DNA from: Geosiphon pyriformis uo1
Lineage: Eukaryota > Fungi > Glomeromycota
Length of the DNA: 64,000 bases
Direction of reading: 5' to 3'
NCBI GenBank assembly: GCA_016748015.1
Contig: JAAOMT010000295.1
Coordinates: 496,001-560,000 of the forward strand
A program made the position numbers and the translations under genes. Below are positions 51,534 to 64,000 of this stretch, in pieces. Position 1 is the first letter of the stretch, and every line of letters begins with the position of its first letter. Below the pieces are notes generated by a model. It saw nothing but the letters and a program-made list of their open reading frames with translations, was not told the origin of the DNA and did not search any database.

Positions 51534-52231
51534 ATAAATGTACCATTCCCAAAACAGAGGTATCTTCAATCAATATAAACAATTATTTCCTAGATTAAAA
51601 CATTCAAAACACTTTCTATACTCTCCATGAGTACTGGATCAAAAATTATCCAAATGCTACTCTGACCATTGGAAAACAAACCACCATAACTGATAACAGT
51701 AGAACACATACTGTTATTAGACCAAAGAAAACCACTACCAGAAGAGAAAGAATTGATAGCAAAATGGATAAGTATTTGCTGGAAAGCATAACAGCAGCAA
51801 TATTTATATCTTCCATGACAATTGGAAAAATAATTAAGAAAATCTTGCCCATAGACAAAAACTTGTCATATGAAAGACAACTAGAACTCTATGGTTATCT
51901 TGGTGAAATCATAGAAGAAATAAAGCTCATGAAGAAAACAACTTTAGAGATACAAGTGGAAATTTTGGGCATTATACATTTAGATGTCCCAAGAGTTTTG
52001 ACCATTGCAAAAAGAGCCAAAACTCTTATACAAAGATTTGGTCTCTTGGATACAAAGCTTATTTCGTCTCAAGTACTATACACTTTATCTACAAAAGACT
52101 TCAACAAACTAGTTAGTTTTGAGTTAGACAAAACCCTTCAATTAAAATACTCTATAAATAGCTTAATTTCGCCGGAGCTCAATTTTTTTGGAGAAGATGA
52201 TGTTATGGTTGAAACCCATAATTTTTATTAG
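51482..52231 (+). pseudogene. A4 additional 3' ORF (ORF3, ~250 codons, one C>T stop), unknown function
   Basis: Open frame apart from one TAA near 51596. Conserved in A1 (~8550-9230), A2 (~30960-31645) and A3 (~42235-43800). Runs through the PPT into the LTR. Confidence 0.78.
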
Positions 52232-55200
52232 TTATTACATGTATTAGCCACTCTATTTTTAGATAGTGATCATTGACCTGATTATTGACCTAATCATTGA
52301 CCTAGTCATTGACCTAATTATTGACCACTTTCAATAGCTATATAAGTAATGAGTTTCTTAGCTGTAAAAAATCATCTTTTAGACAAGAATCAAATAAATA
52401 AAAATAACAACTTTCATATCAATCATTCTCTTATCGCTAATTTTCCTTTCCCTACCTTTAAGTATCCAAACATCTTAGGATAAAAGATTACTTGTTGGCC
52501 TTTTCCTGTTTGAATAATTGTAGTATTTGAAGACTATTTGTATAAATGTGACTAAAGAGCACAAGTTAATACCTGATTTTGAATTCTAAAAGCACCAATG
52601 TAAAAACATAGAATTAATACCAACAGTGATTAATTGTTAACAGTATAGACTATCTCTCTACCTTCAGATTCCCCAGTTACCTTTGAAAAGAATAGTGACT
52701 GAGATATTTTATAAGACTAATCTCACACATTGAATCCATATTCATTTAATTTGCTCTTTAAAGTTGAATTCCCTTTTGATTATTTTCATCACTCTACAAT
52801 TCTGTTCTCTCTTGCTATCTGTTAGCTTGTTACTTCAATCCATAACAATATTAAATATTATAGTTAAATTTATCCAAGTAAAGTATCCAACAAATTATCC
52901 TTTTGTGTTCCAGCTTTTTTTTGTCATATAACTAAATCAAGGCTTAATGATCTGTTATTACTAAGAATTTTACACCAAAAAAATATTTATTCCAGTAATT
53001 AGTAGTCCAAACTACAGCTAAGTATTTCTGCTCAGTAATAAAATAGTTCTGTTCTGTTGATAAGAGTGTTTTATTAATATATGTTATAACATGTTTCTTG
53101 TCATTTTTATTTTTTTGTAAAAAAATAGCACTAAGTTTATAATTAAATACATTAGTATAGAAGATAAAAGATTAATTCAGATCAAGTTACATAAAGATAG
53201 GTTTTGTAATCAGTTTTTCTTTCAAAGTTTTAAATGTTTTTTGTTAATATATATTCCAATAGTAATTGATATTTTTTTTAAGTAACTGGTTAAGAGAAAA
53301 AGCAATTTTAGAGAAATTCTTGATAAATTTGGGATAATAGAAAACCAATCCAAGAAAAAAGCATAGATTATAAATATTTATTGGTTGTCTAATGTTTTGG
53401 ACTTTTTTAACTTTGGCTAAGTTAGAAAAAATTCTATTTTTTGTAATAAGATAACCAAAGAACTGAATAGATTAATGTTCAAAAAAAAATTTAATAAGCT
53501 TAATTTTAAGGCCAGTATTTCTTAGAAGATCAAAAACATTTTGTAAATGTTTTAGGTATTTATTTTATGTTTTTAAGTATATTATTATATTATCTAAATA
53601 GACCAGAACAAAATTTTCTTTATTGATTTAAATACTTTGTCTATTAAGCATTAAAAAGTAAAAGGAATATTGATAAGACCAAAAGACATGACTGTAAATT
53701 TGTAAATATTATACTTAGTAATGAAGACAGTTTTCTTCTTGCTTTTTGAATTCATTTTTACTTGTCAGAATTCAGTAATTAAGTCGATAATTGAAAAAAA
53801 AACAGCATTATTGAATTAGTCTAATATTGTATCAATTTTGAGAAATAAGTATATGTCTCTTTTAGTAATGGCATTTAGTTAACAATAGTCAACACAAAAG
53901 CATAGAGTTCTATCTTTCTTAGATATTACTACAACTAGAAAAGCCTATTTATTTTTGGTTTTTTGTATAAATCCAAGATTTTTCATCTGGTTTATTTTTT
54001 TTTTGATAAACTTATTATATGACAATTGGATTAATAAGACTTTAAGTAAATAGAACAAGTTTTTTTGATAGTAATAGTGTATTGTATCACATGGGTATGT
54101 TTAGAGATATTACTTTTTTTTAAGATAACTAGACTGTTTCTAGTTAACAAATTTTCAATGTTAATTTTTTTTTCTTTAAAAAAAAGTTTTTTTTGTTTTA
54201 CTATTAATGACTGTATCTCTGGTAGTTTATTTTCAAAGAACTTTTGTATTTCTTTTATTTTATTTCAAAGTATCAAACTATTTAGTTTCTAATCTTTGTA
54301 ATAGATTAAATAAGATTTGCATTTATTACTAAAAGAATACAATAGTTTATTGTACCAATACTAGACATAAAGATTATGCTATCAATAACTGTATTTGGTT
54401 TTCTTGTCAGGCTTTCTGTTAAAAATTTTTCTGAATATATTATAGTATAACCAACAGATTAGCTTATTATTTACAATGATTTTTTTTTGTTAACTTTGAT
54501 ATTGTTTAGTAACTTGTTATTACTGGTAAAGATAATATAAGCAAGTTTAACAGTTTTTTTTGTTTTTGTTCTTGTTTTTTTTCACTTTTTTTATTATCTG
54601 ATTTATTTAATTGTTCTTTTTTTTGATCTTGCTTGGGTATTGGGGGAGTTGTTCAATTATAATACTTAACTATAATGGGTTTTTTACCATATTTGATGGT
54701 TAGTTCACAAAGTTTATAGTCAAGTAAAACTTTGGCTTTCTTAAGCCATTCATTGTCAACAATTATAATATATTCTTTTGTTTCAAATAGTTTCATGTTA
54801 GTTTCAATATTAATGCTATTAATGCAAACAAGGATAGCTTTGGCTATGCTCAGACCTTTTTTCTTGTCACTATATATATTAGTTATTGGTTGAGTGAAAA
54901 GTTCATTAATTTTTCTGCCAATTGCTTTAAAAAAATGTTTGGTAATAACATTAACAGATAATCTACTGTCTAAAATTAAATCAATAAAGTAACCAGTCAC
55001 TTGGACTTTGCTAATTAGAGAAGTAACATTGCTGTTGTCAGCAAGTTCAGCTTAACAAGAGTACTTGTTGGTTTTTGGTGTTTTTTTTTTAGAATTAAGG
55101 ATTTGTGAAAAATTTTTACTAAACTGTAAATGAGTCATTAACTGGCCAAAGATAATATAAGCTGGTGTTTCTATAAAATCTTTAACAATAGAATAGTGAC

Positions 55201-56146
55201 CAGATTTTTGTACAATTTCTGGAAATTCTAGCTTTGAAAAATTTTTAAAGATTTTTGCTTTTGGTGGTTTATTGTTGTTAGTGATTAATGTAAAAGCTTT
55301 ATTAAAATCCAAGGCAAAATTAATCTTGGCTTTTTTATTTTTGTTGAATTAAAAATGTTAATTGCTAATTTATCTATGTTATGATTATTATCAGTTAGAT
55401 TAAAATGTAAAAAAAATTTTTTTTTGGTTGGCTTGTACTCTCACTCTTTGGAAATGCACCTACCAGTTTAAAGATTAATAAACAGTGACTTTAACTAAAA
55501 GATTTTCTCCAAAGAAATTGATATTGGTATGATTAGATCTTTAATTGATAGTATTATTGTTGTTAAGTTTATTTTTCTAATTGTTATTGTTTCTGAAAGC
55601 TGGAAGAAATAAAAAAGAATTGTTGCAATCTCTTGAGAAATGTCCAGTTAGTCTATAGTAATAACATACAAATGGGTCACAATTTTATTGTCTTTGATAA
55701 AGTAGTTGCTAAGACTAATTAAAATAGGATTCAAATCTGGGTCTTTAAAGTTGTTAATTCTTTCTAACTGCTTGGGTTAAAAGTTTTAGTAATTGAGTAA
55801 GATTGGCTGTAAATCTGTTTATTAATTTTTTATTAGAATCTTAAATATAAGCAGTAAAAAAAGTAGCAGCTATCTGAGGAGCAAAAGCCATAGTAAAAAC
55901 AAGAACAAAAACCAAAAAAATGAATTCTATGTGTATTTTTTGATTGTCTTCTATTTTTTGGACAAGTTCAATAACCATATCTATTGTGGGAGTGTTTTTT
56001 AGGGCTAAAAAAGGCCAAAAAGCATATAAAAAATTAGTTCTTAATTTTTTTGTAAAGAAGTGAATTTTCTGTTTTTCTGTTTAATTTTTTTCAAAGTTTA
56101 CTTGTTTAATTATCTTTTTTATTGCTTTAACATATTCAATTACTAT

Positions 56147-56788
56147 TGTTACAGGTTGGAGTAACAAGCTAATAGATAGCAAAAGAGAACAGAATTGTAA
56201 GATAATAAAAGAAATCAAAGAGAATTCAATTTCAAAGAGCAAATTGAATGAGTATAGATTCAATGTGCAAGATCAGTCTCATAAAATATCTCAGTTACTA
56301 TACTTTTCAAAGGATAACCAAAGAATCTGAAGATAGAGAGATAGTCTATACTGTCAACAAATAATTACATGTTAGTATAATTCTATACTTCATGTTGACA
56401 TTCTTAAAATTTAATATTAGGTATTAAATGTATTCTTTAGTCACATTTTATTTAATAATCTTTAAATACTACAATTACATGTTTCAAGAAAAAGGTAAGA
56501 AATAACCAACAAGTAATTTTTTATTCTAAGATATTCAGATACTTGAAGATAGAGAAAGAGAAATTAGTGATAAGAGAATAATTGAGATGAAAGTTGTTAT
56601 TTTATTTATTTATTTTCTTTGATTCTTATATGTTTTTCTATAGTTAAGAGATTTATTGCTTATATAGCTATTAAAAGTGGTCAATGATTAGGTTAATGAT
56701 TACTATCTAAAAATAGAGTGGCTAATTATATGACATTAGTGGCTAATACATATGATAATTAATAAGAAGTATAGGTTTTATCATAACA
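56147..56788 (-). repeat. Solo LTR, family A, inserted in A3 gag
   Basis: TSD CTAT (56143-56146, 56789-56792). Confidence 0.9.
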
Positions 56789-59169
56789 CTATTTTTCCTA
56801 AATTTTAAGTTTTTTTTTAATTCTATATATCATTTAGAGATCAAAATAGAAGTTCTGAATTTGTTTTCAAACTGGATGGTAAAAAAAGTGTTGTTTTTTC
56901 CAATATTTGCTGGTGTCTATTTGATAATTTTTTGCTGGACATTAGTATTGGTTTCTTGTAAAAACTAGATGGCAAAAAAGTTTTGAGATAGCCACTAACG
57001 ATTTGAAACTTGTATTTATTATCATATTGGTTGGCTATAACAGCTCTTTTAAAGTTATCCAAATATTTAATTAAATCTTGTGTATTGTTTTTAAATAAGG
57101 GTAATAAGATATTGTTTCTTTATCTTAAAGCAGTTTGTATATCTTGGAGGACAGCCAAGATGTTTGCTTGTATAAAATCAACAGCCATTAGTTTAAAAAT
57201 AGCTGTTTGTATAGAATGTTTTAATTTACTTGAAAAAGATCAAAAACAAAAGCAGTTTGGTAACTTTTTTCTTTTGTTTTAAAGAGAGTTTTAGCTAATT
57301 GGTTGGCAGCAATCCAAATGTGGATTTGGTAATTCAGATATTCAAAATCAAAAGGTTGTTGTTTAAAGATTGTTGAATATAAAAGCTGATTAATGCTATT
57401 GTTTTTTTCTTTAAAAGTTTCTTCAAATAGGCTTGATCAAAGAAATAAGTTGTATAGACTTGTTTAAAAACCAGTTCTAAAAGTTTCAAAATTGTCTACT
57501 GGATTGTTTTTCAAGAAGAAAACAGATTAAACAAAAAGACAGAAGATTAAATGCAATAAAATTTAAGTTATTTTTATTGTGTATTGTAAAGTGTTTTTTT
57601 GATTGTTGTAACAAATATAAATAATTATTCATACAATAAGAAAATAAGTGGATTTTAACAACTTCATAGAAAACATAATTTTTATATTATGAATTAAAAT
57701 AACAAGCTAACAAATAGTAAAAGAGAATAGAATTGTAGAATAATAGAATTAATTAAAGAGAATTTAACTTTAGAGAATAAATTAAATAAGTAAGAATTCA
57801 ATGTGTAAAATCAGTCTTATAAAATATCTCAATTGCTATTCTTTTTAAAAGATAAACAGAGAATTTGAAGATAGAAAGATAGTTTATATTGTTAATAAAT
57901 AATAACATACTGGTATAATTTTATGTCTCATTTCAGTGCTTTTAAAATTTGATATTAGGTATTAGATGTGTTTTTTAGTCACATTTTATTTAATAATCTT
58001 CAAATATTACAATTATATAAGTCAGTAAAGAGTAAGTAAATACTAACAAGTAATCTTTTATTTCAAAATATTTAGATACTTAAAGATAAAGAAAAAAAAA
58101 TTACCAAGAAAAAAAGAATTAAAATAAAGTTGTTATTTTATTTTATTTTTTTCTTTAATTTGTACATACTTTCCTATAGCTAAGAGATTTATCACTTATA
58201 TAACTATCAAAAGTGGTTAATAACTAGATTAATAATTAAGTCAATAATCAGATTATTAATTAAATTAATGATTAGATTAATAATAAGGTTAACAGTTAGA
58301 TCATTAATTAAGTTAACAATTATTATCTAAAAATAGAGTGGCTAATTATATGATATTATTGGCTAATATATATAATAATTAATAAAAACTATGGATTTTA
58401 ATTGTAATAATACAAAATATTAATGGTTTTTAGCATTTTTTCTGATTTTTACAGTAAAGTTTTTATTAATTAATATTAACATAAATAATCTTAATTAAGA
58501 ATTATTCTTTTAAAAAATTTAGCTAATAAATAATAGTTTTGTTTAGTAAATAACACAAATAAGTTTTTTAATACTTTAAGTTATGATAATTTAGTTTTTA
58601 ATATTCTTTTTTATTTCTTTTTAATTAAAAGTTTTTTTGAATATTTATTTTAAAAAATAATTAAAATGAAAGCTTAAACTCTGACAAAATTAAACTATTA
58701 TATAAATTATAGTTTTTCTTAATATTAAAGCTATTATATATATATTTTTGTAGTTTTATAAAAAAATACATTATAATACTCTTTTTTTGATATCTTAATC
58801 TAGTATTTGTTTCCATTACCAATTAGTATTTATTATTATTTTAAGTTAGTTCTTGTTATTATTACGAAATAATACTTATTATTATATTAATTATTATTTT
58901 TTTAAAATTATTACTGTACTATATTTTGATTAGATAATTTATATTATTTTATGATTTTTTTGCTAAATTTTTAAATTATAACATTATTTTTTTTTTCAAA
59001 ATTGAGTTTTGTTAAAATCAAAGTTAATTTTTTTATTAAATTCTAAGTTGCTATAATAATTTAATATTGTATTATTAATTTGTTATTATAATTTTTAAAA
59101 TTGTGAATTGATAAGCTATCTAATACTATTAATTATTATTATTTTTATGATTAAGTCCAATAATATTTT

Positions 59170-60800
59170 GTGACAATTTTCAAATGTTTTGAAATTCTGT
59201 AAACTGTTTTTAAATGAAATATACTGTTGATTTTTTTAATAAAATATTCTAATTAATAGATTATTGTTTTGTTAAATACTCTAATTGAATCTTTTGAATA
59301 TAATATTTGTATATTTAAGTGTTTTTTAAATATTGACTAAGATTTTGTAAAAATAATTGTTTATTGTTTTTATAATAAGTAAATTGATAATTTTTATGTA
59401 TGTTTTATTCTTAATAAATAGTTAACATTGGCATTTTTAATATTTTTTTTGTATTTAATAATATAATTATATAATTATATAGTGTTAATATTTGTAATTA
59501 TTTAGCATATTTTCCTTTTAGCACTTTTTTGTTATTTAATCAGATTAAACTTTTATAATTTATAATAATATTAAAAAGTTTATATCATAAATATATATTA
59601 AAGTAAATATAATTTCAGATTATTGCTAAGTATTTTAGTTTATGTACTATATAGTTTTGTTTTATTATATTGAAACTTCTACTAATATAAGCAATTATAT
59701 ATTCTTTTTTATTATTATTATTTTATAAAAAAATAGTTCTAAGTTTAATTTTAAAGACATTTCTAATTAAAATAAATTTTTTGTTGAAATTTATATAAAT
59801 TATTATTAATAATTTAATAAGCTTTTGTCTAAGATACTAAAAAGCTTTTTATTATGTTTTAGTTTATTCAAAGTTTATATTTTTGGATAGTAAATAATTA
59901 AAAAATTTAAAAATATTTGAAAAATTTTCTACAAAATAACAATAGTAAGATATAAGTTTTAAAAAGTTTTTAACTTCTAAAATATTTTAAAGTATTAAAA
60001 AAATTTTTACTTTGTTTATTTTTAATAAATCTGGTTTTATTTTATTTTTTTCAATTATATATTCTAGAAATACTAATTTATTTTTTTCAAAAAAACATTT
60101 TTCTAAATTTAAATTAAATTTAGTATGTCTTAATTTCTTAAAAACTTGTTGTAAATATTGGAAATAATTCATAAATCTTGGTAAGAAAATATTTGTATTA
60201 TTCAAATAGACAATAATAAATTGCCACAAAATTTCAGAGTAAAAATGTTCATTAGTCTTTGGAATATTACAAGAGTATTTGTCAATCTAAATAGCATTAT
60301 ATTGAACTTATAATTGTTATTTTGTATTATAAATACTGTTTTATGCTTGTTTTTTGAATTTATTTCTACTTATTAATATTTATTAGTCAAATTAAATATA
60401 GAAAACCATTTTGTTCTTTTAAAAATATTGAAAATTTTATTAATTAATAATAAAATAAAATATGAGTTTTTAATTATTTTGCTGTTTAATTTAAAATAGT
60501 TAATACAAAATTTAGTTTTTCTGTTTTTTTTTCTTATTAAAACAACTAATAAGAATCATAAATTTATTAATAATTAAATTATCTTTTTTTTTAATATTTT
60601 TTAAACTTCTTCTTTAATAAAATTATGCTTTATTAATAAAATACAATAAGTATATTGTTTTTTAAGTCTGGTGTTTTTAGTAAAAATTTGATGCTAAACT
60701 TAATTAATTCTTCCAAATTTACTATTTTATGAAAATATATTAAGTATTTTAAAATTAATGTTTTTAATTATTACTATTGGTTAGAATTTATTGTTCTAAT
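59170..60800 (-). pseudogene. Highly decayed Gypsy pol relic (family D): RT, RNase H, start of integrase
   Basis: WQFIIVYLNN (YLDD), NLEKCFF, FCINYFKLN and NANVNYLLR (NADxLSR). LTRs are not recognisable. Confidence 0.7.
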
Positions 60801-62212
60801 ATTTAATTTGGCCAATTTTTTTGTTGTAAATTAATAGTATTTTAATAGTTGTTGTTAATTTATTGAAGTAAGTTAAAATAAAGTGTAATTTCTAAAAAGT
60901 TTAGAATTTTTGTAATATTAACACATTTTTTAACTTTGTTTTAAGATATTTAATGATAGTATCTTTTAAAATATAAACAGATTTTTTATGGTATTTATAA
61001 TAAAAATTTTTATCTATTGAGTTTTATCAACTAAAATAAAAAATTATTAAGTTTTATATAAAACTGTTAACAAATTTCTGAATAAAACTTAAATATTAGA
61101 TCTTTTTTTTAATTGTTTTTTTTATTTTTATTTTTTATTTTTTATATAACATAAGTATAATAAACCATTTAGTTTTAATTATTTCACTTTTTTCTCTATT
61201 ATTTTAACAAAATTTCTTTTAATTTTTTTTGTTAATCTAAGACTAAAAGTTTTTTTTATTGTTTGTATTAATTCTTTTTAATTTATTATTAATACAAATT
61301 TATCAATTTTTACCAATAGTAGAAAAATTGCTTGTGCAATTTTTTTTTTAAATTCAATAGTATATAATTTTTCTAAGTTGTTTTGTTATAAAACTATCAA
61401 ATTTTTAATGTATTTAGAATTTATTACTCTTTTTTAAATACTTATTTTTTTTTTATAAAACTTGATAACAATACTATTTAAATTATTATTTCTGGTAGAA
61501 TTTTAATTATTATTTTCAGATTAATTTTGGTAATATTTCTGAATGACAACATTGTAAATTGGTTTTTTAGATAATATAAATTGAATTTAATATTAGTTAA
61601 ATATTTTTTTTTTATATATTATTCTTAAATATCTATTTTTAAAGTATTGAATATTAATTTTTTGTTTTAAATTAATATAAACTACAAAATTTTCTAACTT
61701 ATAACTATTAGATAAGTTTTGTTAATTTATTGATTAATTTTAATACTTTTAATTTTTAATTTCAATTTTTTTTTAAGTTTTTATTGTATTAATATTCTTT
61801 ATAGTACTGACTTTAGTATAGAATAAAATAGTTTTTGTAAAAATAAGTATTAATCTAAATAAAGTACGGTTTTTGCTTTTGGTAAGTGAAACATAGCTGT
61901 TAATTTTTCTGGAATTTATCTACTGAATTAAATATATTATAATTAATAATTTTGTTAACTATTTTAATTAATATTTTTTATCATATTTTTTTAACAGTTT
62001 TTTTTTTACTTTGGCCTATATAATATTGTATAATTTGTCTTTATTATGTAGATAATATTATAGTTTTTTTAATGCTCTGTTAAATGCTGTTTTAAATAGC
62101 ATTTTTTTTTATTTAATTATAGATAAAAATTGTATATTAGCAAGTTGTATTATATATTTTTTTCTGTCTAATATATTAATTCAATTATACTTTTTTGACA
62201 ATAGTTTTTTAT

Positions 62213-64000
62213 TGTTACTAGAGATTTTTGTCTTTTTTTAAATGTTGTTAATATTGTTTTGCTATAAATTTGCTATTACTAAAAGCTGTTAAATCTCTAA
62301 TAACTGAATTTATTTTCAAATTATCTTCTATAATTTAAATTGCTGGGTTTATAAGTAAAATAGCCAATTCTGTACCAGTTATTTATATAGTCATTTTATG
62401 GTGAAAGTCAATTCTTTCTTAGGAATTGTTTATCTAAAAGCTTATTAAAATATGTAGTTATTTTGCTGTAAAAGTTAACTCTTTTTTAGAAATTATTTGT
62501 CTAAAAACTCACTAAAATATGTAGTTACTTTGCTATAAAAGTCAACTTTTTTACAGAAATCTTATCTGTAAGATATTCTAATATATATAATAAAAAAAGT
62601 AAAAGAAAAAAAAATTTTGTTAAAAAAATTGTTTGTTGTTCAGACCTGAAATCACTAACAGATTACTGAAATAATAGCTAATTAATTTCAAAATATTAGT
62701 TAAATTTTGGAAAATACTAAGTACAAATAATTAATGAATTTGTTTTTAAAGTATTTATTTTATTAATAAGAGTAAAAGTATTTTTAAGATAAAATAAAAT
62801 AATTTTGACTGAAATAAAATACATTTTCTTGAAGAAAAAAGCTTTTTTTTTATACAATTTATTATAGTATTAGTCTTTAACTTGTAATTTTTTTTTGCTA
62901 TAATTTCAATGAATTTAAAAATATATTTTAGTGAACTACAAGTTGTTTTTATGAACTATAAATTATTTTGGAAATTTTACGAATTTTGGTGAATTCTTAA
63001 ATGTTACAAAATTTAGTATATTGCATAATCTAATTATTATAATTATGTATTATACAAATTGGATTATTAATTGAATAATAATATTTAATAGTTTGATTAT
63101 ATAATAAGTAAAATTGAAATAATAATAATATATATTAATTGATGATAGAAATTATAAGAATAATTTTATGTTAATTAATGACTAAAATTCTACTAGTAAC
63201 ATAATATTTTTTTTAAGACTAAGTTCTATTAAAGTTCAAGTACTATTTGTAATATTAAGATAATAATCCAAAATTATTGAATTAATTTGGTTTAAAAATT
63301 TTTGAAATTTCAGTTCTGTAAAATTGTTAATATATTAAATTTTTATTGGTTGAAGTATTGGATTTTGTAGAACGGTTTTGCAAATATTGAATAAGTTATA
63401 GAGTTTAAAAGCTGCTTTAAGTTTATAATAAACATTTATTAATCTAATTGTTGTTTTGAATTTGTTGTGAATTTGTTTTTATATAGCTTTAGAAGTAAGA
63501 TTGATTGCTTTATGTTCTAATTTTTGTTGATATAGTGTTTTTTCAATTTGAAAATATTAATAAATTGGAGTATATTTACTGTTTTTGTTAAAACATATTT
63601 GAAGTTTTTGTTGTATTATAGCATTTAAAGAAATACTAATAGAAGTAAACAATATATTTTTTTTAAAGTTTGTTTTAAAAGTTATAGTAAGTAATTTTTA
63701 AATAGCTTCTTATGTTTTTTTATAAAAATAGTAATTCTGAAAATTATTTATTATTAGGGCTGTAGTTTTTTTCTAAATATAATTAATTTGACTTTTATTA
63801 ATTATTATAGATAAATCAAAAAGTGTTTCAAAGTTAACATTAATTTTTGGAATATTTGTTGAATGTTTTAGTGTTATAGATGATTATTTAGGGTGTTAAA
63901 ATAAATAACAAATCCATAAATTAATGCTCAATAGCTGTTAATAATGATAGTTTCTAAAGATTTTTGAGTATTTGAAGATTTTAATTAAGTTTTTTGTATA
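62213..64000 (-). mobile_element. Gypsy element B2 (family B), 3' LTR 62213-63201 plus ORF3; continues beyond the right edge
   Basis: The LTR matches B1 and has an internal ~68-bp tandem duplication at ~62430-62560. 63205-63880 matches B1 ORF3. Confidence 0.85.

Larger units (their letters stand above)
45201..52847 (+). mobile_element. Ty3/Gypsy element A4 (family A), youngest and best-preserved copy, inserted antisense in A3
   Basis: TG...CA LTRs 45201-45868 and 52201-52847; TSD ATAT; PBS 45875-45891; PPT ~52190-52200; intact YLDD. Confidence 0.95.
41554..58409 (-). mobile_element. Ty3/Gypsy element A3 (family A), full-length; hosts solo LTR-C, A4 and a solo LTR-A
   Basis: LTRs 41554-42231 and 57685-58409; TSD ATAC (41550-41553, 58410-58413). 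Internal sequence is collinear with A4 after removing the inserts. Confidence 0.9.

Noticed and set aside
6950-64000. Alternative genetic code or organellar/endosymbiont origin to explain in-frame TGA/TAA and AT richness
   Set aside because: Stops differ between copies of the same element and arise by transitions; flanking genes use the standard code and spliceosomal introns.

Overview
Eukaryotic (fungal) genomic DNA with short GT-AG introns. The gene and transposon sequences resemble Glomeromycotina (Geosiphon-like); this is an inference from recalled similarity, not a search. The first ~6.9 kb is a CpG-normal gene island with three spliced genes: ASNSD1 (minus strand, running off the left edge), a divergently transcribed USP/C19 deubiquitinase ending in a CaaX box, and a basic, possibly Med19-like gene. 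The remaining ~57 kb is an AT-rich, almost CpG-free stack of nested retrotransposons that can be resolved by LTR ends and target-site duplications (TSDs). It holds four full-length copies of one Ty3/Gypsy family (A1-A4) plus a solo LTR, a full-length dUTPase-carrying Gypsy element (B1) plus a solo LTR and a partial copy (B2), two solo LTRs of a third family (C), an older Gypsy relic (D), a full-length APE-RT-RNaseH LINE and a ~35-bp LINE stub. All are inactivated by C>T/G>A transitions on both strands, in CpG and non-CpG contexts (RIP-like). The most interesting signal is an unusual Gypsy architecture. Families A and B both have the integrase split off as its own ORF after a stop behind RNase H, a PxVxI-like integrase tail instead of a chromodomain, and an extra non-env helical ORF before the 3' LTR. 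In family A, gag is also joined to pol by a U_UUA_AAC -1 frameshift.
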